Shown here: positions 1 through 6,308 of the stretch, piece by piece
Numbering within the stretch: the stretch's first letter is position 1
Layout of the letters: the number at the start of each line of letters is the position of its first letter
Virus record (IMG/VR): IMGVR_UViG_3300032608_000410
Span: 1-28,376 of that record
Source: a virus
Taxonomy: Duplodnaviria; Caudoviricetes
Direction: 5' to 3' (one strand)
Length of the DNA stretch: 28,376 nucleotides
Notes under the pieces: model-generated
Told to the model about the DNA's origin: nothing
What the model saw: the letters and a program-made list of their open reading frames with translations, nothing else
Databases searched by the model: none
Translations under genes and position numbers: made by a program

Positions 1-1
1 C

Positions 2-415
2 TACCGGGCGAACCTCGACGGGGCGAACCTCGACGGGGCGAACCTCTACGGGGCGAACCTCAACGGGGCGAAGGGACTCTGTGGTGCCCGCTGGGGCGCC
101 CCCTCGGCCCTCCTACTTGCTTCCTGGAGCCACCTCCCGGACGCCCTGATCCTGGAGTCCATCGTCCATGACATGGCCAACCACGACGATCTCGATGCGT
201 TCCGGCGATGGGTCAGCCTCGACCGCTGCCCTTACACCGGTGAGGGCTACGCGCAGGTGGTGGGGGGCATGGGGTCCGGACGGCATCGGGAGATCCTCAA
301 GATCTACGGAGTCGATCGCGCCATCCGACGGGCCAAACACGGTGGTGCGTGGCATGCCCGGAAACTAATGGTGGCGATCCTGGACTGGGCGGGAGAGCAG
401 GAGCCCACCCGATGA
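2..415 (+). CDS. Pentapeptide-repeat protein, 5'-truncated by the window edge
   Basis: Frame open from base 2 reads YRANLDGANLDGANLYGANLNGAKGL (A-N-L-x-G pentapeptides) and continues in frame into the listed ORF 173..415; stop overlaps the next start (ATGA 412-415). Confidence 0.85.
   Translation, partial: YRANLDGANLDGANLYGANLNGAKGLCGARWGAPSALLLASWSHLPDALILESIVHDMANHDDLDAFRRWVSLDRCPYTGEGYAQVVGGMGSGRHREILKIYGVDRAIRRAKHGGAWHARKLMVAILDWAGEQEPTR
8..72 (+). repeat. 15-bp tandem repeat GCGAACCTCnACGGG (about 4.3 copies) encoding the pentapeptides
   Basis: Directly visible; copies differ only at the variable codon. Confidence 0.9.
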
Positions 416-885
416 TCCACGCAAACCAGCTCAAGCGGCGCCGCGGCGCCAAGAACCTCGAGAGCGCCCGCCGCGGCTTCGTCGCCAAGCGCCGGCGCCT
501 GGTATTCGGCAGCACCCGGGCGGCGCTCCGCTGGTACGTCGAGACTCGCCTGCGCATGGCCGAGGCCCACGGGCTACACCCTCACACGGAAAAGATCGAC
601 GACTGGACGCGCGCCCTGATCGACGTCGACGGCGGTGAGGGTGGCGACCTCGACGAGCTGCTCGCCACCATGGCGACGGTCGGGATCGCCCTCGACCGGC
701 TCAAGGAGTACGATCCCACCCTGCACCGCGTCGCCCTGTCCTACGGCGGCGGTGAGACGCAGGCCGAGATCGGCAAGGCGATCGGGCAGTCGCCCAGGAT
801 CGTCTCCGAGTTCCTGTCCCGCGCGGACGCCTACGTCGCTGCCCTGATCGGCGGGCATGACGGCGTGTTGCGTGGGGGGAGATAG
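412..885 (+). CDS. Putative transcriptional regulator with C-terminal sigma-70 region-4-like HTH (possible late activator)
   Basis: ATG at 412 coupled to upstream stop; C-terminal GETQAEIGKAIGQSPRIVSEFLSRA fits a sigma4/ArpU-like HTH. Confidence 0.65.
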   Translation: MIHANQLKRRRGAKNLESARRGFVAKRRRLVFGSTRAALRWYVETRLRMAEAHGLHPHTEKIDDWTRALIDVDGGEGGDLDELLATMATVGIALDRLKEYDPTLHRVALSYGGGETQAEIGKAIGQSPRIVSEFLSRADAYVAALIGGHDGVLRGGR

Positions 886-888
886 CGG

Positions 889-1149
889 GTGGCCGGGCTG
901 ACCCTCTCGCCGGCGTCGCTCATCAAGACTCGCGTCGACCTCGTGCTCTACGCGCGCGGCGGGGAAACGGTCGTCCGCAACGGCAGGGCACGCTTGCGCC
1001 CGTGGAAGGCGAAGGCGCCCGATCACTATCCGCGCGAGACGCCGATCGCGGCCGTGACGGTGTTTCCGCGCCTGTGGGCTGGCTTGCTGGTGATCCTCGA
1101 TCGCGCCTCTCCTATCGCCGTTGCGTCGGCCCGCCCGCGCTCCTCCTGA
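889..1149 (+). CDS. Hypothetical protein
   Basis: GTG start 3 nt after upstream stop, 86 aa, co-oriented; no motif recognised. Confidence 0.45.
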   Translation: MAGLTLSPASLIKTRVDLVLYARGGETVVRNGRARLRPWKAKAPDHYPRETPIAAVTVFPRLWAGLLVILDRASPIAVASARPRSS

Positions 1150-1211
1150 CGATTTTTCCGTAGTCATTCCAGGCACCTACAAGAAAGATGCAAGTTTGTT
1201 GCCTCTGGGGG

Positions 1212-1240
1212 TAGACAGGCAAGATTATCGCCTGTAGTAT
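1212..1240 (+). promoter_or_regulatory. Sigma-70-type promoter with overlapping palindromic operator
   Basis: TAGACA (1212-1217), 17 bp, TAGTAT (1235-1240) in an AT-rich gap; inverted repeat ACAGGC-N9-GCCTGT at 1215-1235. Confidence 0.75.
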
Positions 1241-1282
1241 GTACCCACGATGACGACACGGAACGACGAAGGAGCCGAGACG

Positions 1283-1519
1283 ATGACGACGACCCCGAGA
1301 CTCTCGAGCCTGCAGCGGACCACCCTCGCGATTGTCGACAACGCGCACGACGACGGCGGGCGCGTTGCCCAGTTCCACGACGGCGACATCTGTCGTCGCG
1401 CCGTCCGGCAGCTCGTGAAGCGCGGAGTCGTCAAGGTCACCGACCGTGGGACCGACCTCTGCGGCCGGTACGTCAAGGCCTCCCGCGTCGCGAGCGTCCG
1501 GCAGGCGGCGGCCCGATGA
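1283..1519 (+). CDS. Small hypothetical protein, possibly winged-helix-like (alternative start 1250)
   Basis: AAGGAG upstream of ATG 1283; RRAVRQLVKRGVVKV resembles a wHTH helix plus wing; ATGA coupling to next gene. Confidence 0.65.
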   Translation: MTTTPRLSSLQRTTLAIVDNAHDDGGRVAQFHDGDICRRAVRQLVKRGVVKVTDRGTDLCGRYVKASRVASVRQAAAR

Positions 1520-1779
1520 CCGCGCACCGCTACACCGTCCGCGTCCAGGGCCCGGGAACGCTGATCCACTCGCCGAGCGTCCCCCGCGAGTTCGTCGGTA
1601 TGCACGCCAGCGAGATCGCCGAGCGCCAGCGCGGCGACGGCCTCGATCTGACGATCTTCCGCACCCACGATCCCCGGTGTCGCTCGCTGGCCTGCTACCG
1701 GCGCCGCTCCGGCGCCTGGGTCCACGTCTCCGGTACCACGATCAACGGCATCGACAGCGCCCCCGAGAGGAGCAACTAG
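1516..1779 (+). CDS. Small hypothetical protein
   Basis: 87 aa, ATGA overlap with upstream gene, GC3-rich codons. Confidence 0.65.
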   Translation: MTAHRYTVRVQGPGTLIHSPSVPREFVGMHASEIAERQRGDGLDLTIFRTHDPRCRSLACYRRRSGAWVHVSGTTINGIDSAPERSN

Positions 1780-1780
1780 C

Positions 1781-1981
1781 ATGCCCGCCCCCGCGTACAA
1801 CTACCTCGACGTCGTCGGCTACTACACCCCGCTCGGCTACCTCTACTGTCCCGACTGCGCGACCCTGCTCGAGGTCGACCTCGACGACGAGCGGACGCAG
1901 AAGATCTGCCACATGGACTCGCCCGAGCCCGGCGCACGGTGCGACGAGTGCGGCAGCGTGATCCCCTCGATCTACAGGTAG
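1781..1981 (+). CDS. Small acidic zinc-binding protein (CxxC...CxxC)
   Basis: GAGGAG RBS; YCPDC and RCDEC pairs; 66 aa. Confidence 0.75.
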   Translation: MPAPAYNYLDVVGYYTPLGYLYCPDCATLLEVDLDDERTQKICHMDSPEPGARCDECGSVIPSIYR

Positions 1982-1994
1982 GAAGGGAACGAAG

Positions 1995-2177
1995 ATGCCC
2001 GCCACGATCCCCGAGACCATCGAGAACGTCGCCCGCACCATCGCGGCGAACATGGCCGATAGCGACTGGGCCGACCTCGCGGCCGACCCCGAGGCCTGGC
2101 ACGCCAGCGTCGAGGCCCTCTGGCCGAACCTGAGCGCGTCCGCGGTCGTCTCGGCCCTGCTCGCCCTGGCACCGTAG
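1995..2177 (+). CDS. Small acidic helical hypothetical protein
   Basis: Purine-rich RBS region (GGAAGGGA); 60 aa; GC3-rich codons. Confidence 0.7.
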   Translation: MPATIPETIENVARTIAANMADSDWADLAADPEAWHASVEALWPNLSASAVVSALLALAP

Positions 2178-2230
2178 GACAGGACACACCAGCAACCGGG
2201 GGAGTAGGATCCCCCAGGAGAGGACAGGAC

Positions 2231-2794
2231 ATGGCACACGAACACGCACCCGAGATCGAGGGATGGCGGCGAGAGCGGATCTCCGCCGACTTCCACGCAT
2301 ACCACCCGGACCCCTGGCGGCTCGACGGCGAGTCCTACTGCGTCGCGACGGGTATCGACGCCGAGGGGCGGCCCTGGGCCCGTGTCATGCACGAAGAAGG
2401 CCCAGGCGATGGCAGGACGCCCATGGGTCTCACCTACCACGGCGACGATGCCGTTATCGACGCCTGCGCGGCGGCGAGGGCGGCGAACGATCTCCTCCTG
2501 CCCCCCGCGTCCGAGGTGCTCGTCTACAGGCTCACCGACGCCCGCAAGGCCACCGGCGAGACGCAGGAGCAGCTCGCCGCACGGCTCGGCGTCGCCGTCA
2601 GGACGATCCGCGGATGGGAAGGCCTGCAGGCCTCGCCCCCCTGGACGCAGCTCGACCGGTGGGCGCGGGCGGTTGGGGTGAGCCTGTGGGCGGGGCAAAC
2701 GGCATCCTCCCCCAGTCCCCCCTCCCCCGCCTCTCGCGGGTCGGTCTACGGTACCGGCAGCAGCCCGCGGCGGGGCGGTGAGGTGACGCGGTGA
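2231..2794 (+). CDS. XRE/Cro-family HTH protein with additional N-terminal domain
   Basis: LTDARKATGETQEQLAARLGVAVRTIRGWEGLQASP is a canonical HTH_3 motif; RBS upstream; ~95-aa unknown N-terminal domain. Confidence 0.85.
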   Translation: MAHEHAPEIEGWRRERISADFHAYHPDPWRLDGESYCVATGIDAEGRPWARVMHEEGPGDGRTPMGLTYHGDDAVIDACAAARAANDLLLPPASEVLVYRLTDARKATGETQEQLAARLGVAVRTIRGWEGLQASPPWTQLDRWARAVGVSLWAGQTASSPSPPSPASRGSVYGTGSSPRRGGEVTR

Positions 2795-2877
2795 CCCGCC
2801 CCCGCGCCTTCGTCGAACTCTGCTGCGGCTCCGCCGCGGTGACCCTGCGCCTGCTCGGCGGCCGGTATGCCGTCCCT
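2791..2877 (+). pseudogene. Orphaned original 5' end of the DNA methyltransferase gene
   Basis: MTRPRAFVELCCGSAAVTLRLLGGRYAVP is 23/27 identical to the MTase segment at 3515-3595; GTGA-coupled to upstream gene; homology ends exactly at the HNH stop codon. Confidence 0.85.
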
Positions 2878-3474
2878 CTACTTGGCGCCGTGGCCGTCGC
2901 GCATGTGCTCGTTGTGGCTGGAGTACAGCCGCAGGTTCTCCGGCCGATTGTCCAGGCTGTCGCCGTTGATGTGGTGCACCACCTCCCGGCGCTCAAGCCG
3001 CCGGCCGAGGCGGAGCTCCATCACCATGCGATGCTCAAGGATGCGTCCGCTGGATCGGATGGACTCCGGGAACGGATAGTCGCTGGCCGGGAGGACGAGC
3101 ATGTATCGCCCGGAGTGGATGGGGTAGCGTCCGCCCTTCCACCACGGAGCGTTCGGACCGGTGATCCGTTTCCTGGACGCCTCGCGGTGGGCTTCGGTCT
3201 GTTCATTCCTTGGGGGCGGCTTGCCGGCCTCGACGTTTGCGAGACCGGTGCGGCGCCTCGATTCCCGGAGGCAGACGTCCGAGCACACAACGGTTTCGCT
3301 TCCCGTCCGTGGGCGCCGGTCGACTGGCGTTCCACATATCTTGCAGGGGAGCGGTCGCCGCTTCTTCCTGGCCTCCTCGGTGGCCCATCGCCCGCGACAG
3401 GCGTGCCCGCAGAAACGGCCCTGGTGTCGCTTGAGGGGTTCGCCGCACATCTCGCACGTTCGTGGTGTTTTCAT
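2878..3474 (-). CDS. HNH (HNH_3-type) homing endonuclease with N-terminal Cys-rich zinc-binding repeats
   Basis: EHRMVMELRLGRRLERREVVHHINGDSLDNRPENL; N-terminal CEMC..FCGHAC and CKIC..VCSDVC; WKGG motif; ATG at 3474 just downstream of a TATAAT. Confidence 0.92.
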   Translation of the reverse strand: MKTPRTCEMCGEPLKRHQGRFCGHACRGRWATEEARKKRRPLPCKICGTPVDRRPRTGSETVVCSDVCLRESRRRTGLANVEAGKPPPRNEQTEAHREASRKRITGPNAPWWKGGRYPIHSGRYMLVLPASDYPFPESIRSSGRILEHRMVMELRLGRRLERREVVHHINGDSLDNRPENLRLYSSHNEHMRDGHGAK

Positions 3475-4531
3475 GGCTGAATTATACCACAAGCGTAGCC
3501 CGGTTAGCGCACAAAGGCCGCGGCTTTTTGTGGAGCTCTGCTGTGGCAGCGCGGCGGTGACGCTTGGCCTTCTCGGCGGTCGCCACGCACGCCCTCCCAT
3601 ATCCTACATGGGCTCAAAAAATGGCTATAAAATCGCGGTGTTAGGGGCCATGGGCTTACGCTGTGGATTAGGTGCCGATGCCGTTCTCTTGAACGACGCA
3701 GGCCCGTGGGCTCACATCTACGCAACGCTAGCCGACCCGGCCAACTGCGCCGAGGTGGCGAAGATCCTGCGCGGGTGGGCCGACGAGGAGCCGCGGGAGT
3801 TGTGGGAGCGGCTACGGGAGGAGCATCGCGGGGAGTGGGATGGGTGGGGGGCGGAGCGGGCTGCGGGGTGGATTGTCGTCGAGGGCTGGTCGTACGCACA
3901 GGGCAGCGACACCCCGAAGTTGAACGACGTAAAGGCATACGGGGGAGAGGCTTCCGGTCATCCAGAGTACGCATGGAAGCCGCAGACGACGGGCAAGTTC
4001 GCCTCCCGCGTCGAATCCGTCGCGGCGTGGTTGCAGTGCAATGCCTGGTCCGCGAAGGGCAAGGGCGTCGACGCTGGATACCGGGCTCCATACGACACCG
4101 CCGGAGTTTGCCGATCGGTGACGCCCGACATGCTCCATCGCCGAGTAACGCCCATCGCCGCCCCCCTCTCCGTCTACGCCGGCCCCGCCGAAGACCTAGC
4201 CCCGCCGGATGACTGCGAGGGCGTGTACATGCTCTGTGACCCGCCCTACCACGGCGCCAACGGCACCGAGAAGATCACCGGCTACGCCCACGACCTCCCG
4301 CGGGCCGACCTGTTGGTGTTGCTCCGGCGGTGGTCGGACGCGGGGGCGGTGGTCTGTTGCTGCGAGTCGGTGCCGTTCGCCGGCGAACTGGGATCGGGGT
4401 GGTACTCGGTGGACATCGCACACGCCCGAGTCGGCCAGAAACGAACCTTCGCCCGGGTCACCTCTGAGTTCATCACCCTGAACCGGGCGCCGGCCGAGGT
4501 GCCGGCGGTGCAATCGGAGATGTTCGGATGA
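3473..4531 (+). CDS. DNA N6-adenine methyltransferase (Dam/D12-like, alpha-type order)
   Basis: Motif I-like FVELCCGSAAV, PPISYMGSK, VLLND and catalytic DPPY; start uncertain, ATG 3473 is the nearest in-frame ATG upstream of motif I. Confidence 0.85.
   Translation: MAELYHKRSPVSAQRPRLFVELCCGSAAVTLGLLGGRHARPPISYMGSKNGYKIAVLGAMGLRCGLGADAVLLNDAGPWAHIYATLADPANCAEVAKILRGWADEEPRELWERLREEHRGEWDGWGAERAAGWIVVEGWSYAQGSDTPKLNDVKAYGGEASGHPEYAWKPQTTGKFASRVESVAAWLQCNAWSAKGKGVDAGYRAPYDTAGVCRSVTPDMLHRRVTPIAAPLSVYAGPAEDLAPPDDCEGVYMLCDPPYHGANGTEKITGYAHDLPRADLLVLLRRWSDAGAVVCCCESVPFAGELGSGWYSVDIAHARVGQKRTFARVTSEFITLNRAPAEVPAVQSEMFG
3481..3489 (-). promoter_or_regulatory. Extended -10 promoter for a probably leaderless HNH transcript
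   Basis: Minus strand reads TG-G-TATAAT-TCAGCC-ATG, with the ATG at the expected +1 and no room for an RBS. Confidence 0.7.
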
Positions 4532-4695
4532 TCCTCGAATCCGCCATCTCCGCCGCAATCGCCCGGTACTTCGCCGGCTATCTCCGCGGCGAGTCCCCGC
4601 GCTACTGGCCAGAGCCGGTGCCTGTCGGCCTCGCTACGGCGATCCAGCGTAGCGCCCCGGCTTGCCAGGGTGGCGGATGCGTGGCGCGAGCCTGA
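4528..4695 (+). CDS. Hypothetical 55-aa protein
   Basis: ATGA overlap with MTase stop; MILESAISAAIARYFAGYLRGESPRYWPEP...; below the ORF track cut-off. Confidence 0.4.
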   Translation: MILESAISAAIARYFAGYLRGESPRYWPEPVPVGLATAIQRSAPACQGGGCVARA

Positions 4696-4755
4696 GACGG
4701 CGGGGGAGGTGCTTCATGTGGCTATGCGGTGGGTTGGGCAGAGGAGGAGGGTGAG

Positions 4756-4839
4756 ATGACCGACGAGATGACAGAGGAACAAGCAATACGCCCCCCCTAC
4801 CGCCTCGACCTGTTAGTCCAGGCTTCCTCTAAGCCATAA
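4756..4839 (+). CDS. 27-aa ORF or gene remnant
   Basis: Strong GAGGAGGAGG upstream; MTDEMTEEQAIRPPYRLDLLVQASSKP, ending just before the repeat array. Confidence 0.25.
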   Translation: MTDEMTEEQAIRPPYRLDLLVQASSKP

Positions 4840-4850
4840 GCCAACTTCAT

Positions 4851-5224
4851 CCAATGTCACACGCCACTCTGCCGACACGTCAAGCGAAATGTCACAGATG
4901 TCACAAGGGTATGTCACACGCAGAAAGAGGGAAACAGGCGAGACGTCAAGCGTTATGTCACAGATGTCACAGATTTACGAAGGGTAGAGACATCTGAGAG
5001 GAACTTTTCCCCTACAAGTAGTCGAGGCTACTAGGGCAAAAGCCACAAAAACCCCAGAAAAAAGAGAGGAAAAGTCCGCCCCCATATAGGTACCCTGCGG
5101 AAAAGCGTGACATCTGTGACATTTCGGCCAACGTCTCGCCTGTTTCCCTCTTTCTGCGTGTGACATCGCGTGTGACATCTGTGACATTTCGGCCAACGTC
5201 TCGCCTGTGGCCGTGTGACATTGG
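4851..5224. repeat. ~120-bp imperfect inverted repeat with 6+6 TGTCAC/GTGACA units around a 136-bp A-rich spacer (candidate replication origin or packaging site)
   Basis: Arms 4851-4970 and 5107-5224; 36-bp perfect match 4911-4946 vs 5131-5166; inner ACTTTTCC/GGAAAAGT pair (5003-5010, 5068-5075) on the same axis. Confidence 0.9.
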
Positions 5225-5295
5225 CCTGCGGTAGCCCAGGCTATCAGATTGAGCCCCCGCCCAGGGACCCCCGCCGGAAAAGGATTAAGCAAGGC

Positions 5296-5325
5296 TTGAC
5301 AGATGGCGCCGAGAACCTGTAAGAT
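5296..5325 (+). promoter_or_regulatory. Sigma-70-type promoter for the packaging operon
   Basis: TTGACA (5296-5301), 18 bp, TAAGAT (5320-5325). Confidence 0.7.
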
Positions 5326-5385
5326 GCCCGCAGGATGGATGATTGCGCCTGGGCTACCGCTCGGGCGCTGTCCGTTCTCGGGTTT

Positions 5386-5460
5386 GGCGGCCCGGGCCCC
5401 CGGTCACCTCCCTCCGGCCGGGGGCCCGGGCCGCCGAAATCTGACAGGAGGCCCGGGAGG
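5386..5460 (+). promoter_or_regulatory. Structured 5' leader: 18-bp GC stem whose loop is complementary to the terS RBS
   Basis: 5386-5403 pairs perfectly with 5418-5435; loop TCACCTCCCTCCGG; GGAGG and GGGAGG follow at 5447-5460. Confidence 0.6.
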
Positions 5461-5467
5461 AACGGCC

Positions 5468-6058
5468 GTGAACGAGACCGACCGACCTACGCGGGAGGTC
5501 GCCCTCGAGTGGATGGCCGAGACCGGCGAAGGACCCGCCGCTGCAGCCCGTGAGTTCGGGGTGAAGCCCGCAACGGTACGGAGCTGGAAGCTACGGGCGC
5601 AACGTTGCAACGGAGACGCCCAGGCGCCAGCAACGCGGAAGAAGAAGAAGACCGCGCCCGCGAGGCGCAGGCCCTCGAGGAAGACGAAAGACCCAGGGGA
5701 GCCCCCTGCCCCCCCCTCAAGGTCAAACGCGCGCGGACGGAAGGGGCAGCGCCGGAAGAAGGTCGCCCCCCTCGACCCGGCGACGCTCGACAGGGCCACG
5801 CGCCGCGCTCTGAGGAACGCGATCCTCGAGCGGGTCAAGTACCTAGCCAGCCCGGAATCAGTCCGACAGCGCGAGCAGCAGCCAGCGGCGATCACACTGG
5901 GGATCCTGACCGACAAGTTCGGCGGCGTGCTCGCGACGATCAAATCCGAGGGTGACGAGGGCGCCCAGCGCGAGGGCGCGGTCGACCGGCTCCGGGAGGC
6001 CCTGCAGCTTGACCAGCCGACAGCCAGAGCAGAGGTGGAGGAAGATCCGGGTCGGTGA
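5468..6058 (+). CDS. terS: Probable terminase small subunit (N-terminal HTH)
   Basis: GGGAGG then GTG at 5468; PAAAAREFGVKPATVRSWK HTH; AITLGILTDK helix; upstream of terL. Confidence 0.65.
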   Translation: MNETDRPTREVALEWMAETGEGPAAAAREFGVKPATVRSWKLRAQRCNGDAQAPATRKKKKTAPARRRPSRKTKDPGEPPAPPSRSNARGRKGQRRKKVAPLDPATLDRATRRALRNAILERVKYLASPESVRQREQQPAAITLGILTDKFGGVLATIKSEGDEGAQREGAVDRLREALQLDQPTARAEVEEDPGR

Positions 6059-6308
6059 GCTGGCCCAGGATCCCCGGAACCTCAAGAGGCACGACGAGCG
6101 GAACAAGGCCGTCGTCGGCGCAAGCCTTGACGAGTACGGCCAGGTCGAAAACTACGTCGTCGAGATGGGTACGGATCCGCTCCGGCTCCTCGGCGGCAAC
6201 ATGCGGGCGGCACGGGACCTCGATGAGCACGGCCCCGATCACGAGGTCATGATCTGCGAGGTCGACGTCCACGGGGCGAAGGCCGACAAGCTCGCGGCCC
6301 TGCGGTGA
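6009..6308 (+). CDS. Stand-alone ParB/Srx N-terminal domain protein
   Basis: KIRVGELAQDPRNLKRH...ASLDEYGQVENYVV...LLGGNMR matches the ParB-N pattern; TTG at 6009 with GGGAGG 9 nt upstream; overlaps terS end and is GTGA-coupled to terL. Confidence 0.7.
   Translation: MTSRQPEQRWRKIRVGELAQDPRNLKRHDERNKAVVGASLDEYGQVENYVVEMGTDPLRLLGGNMRAARDLDEHGPDHEVMICEVDVHGAKADKLAALR

Noticed and set aside
8-72. CRISPR-like repeat
   Set aside because: Contiguous 15-bp coding repeats with no spacers.
3161-3472. Long N-terminal extension of the MTase given in the ORF track
   Set aside because: It overlaps the HNH gene on the opposite strand and shows no MTase features.
2791-3480. 229-aa plus-strand ORF as a real gene
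   Set aside because: Only the first ~29 codons are MTase-like; the rest is the antisense shadow of the HNH gene.
4851-5224. MITE or IS with terminal inverted repeats, or a CRISPR array
   Set aside because: No target-site duplication at the outer ends, no transposase in the window, and no constant repeat with unique spacers.
5303-5467. Upstream start for terS at 5303
   Set aside because: The ATG lies inside the predicted promoter; GTG 5468 has a good RBS and starts just before the HTH.
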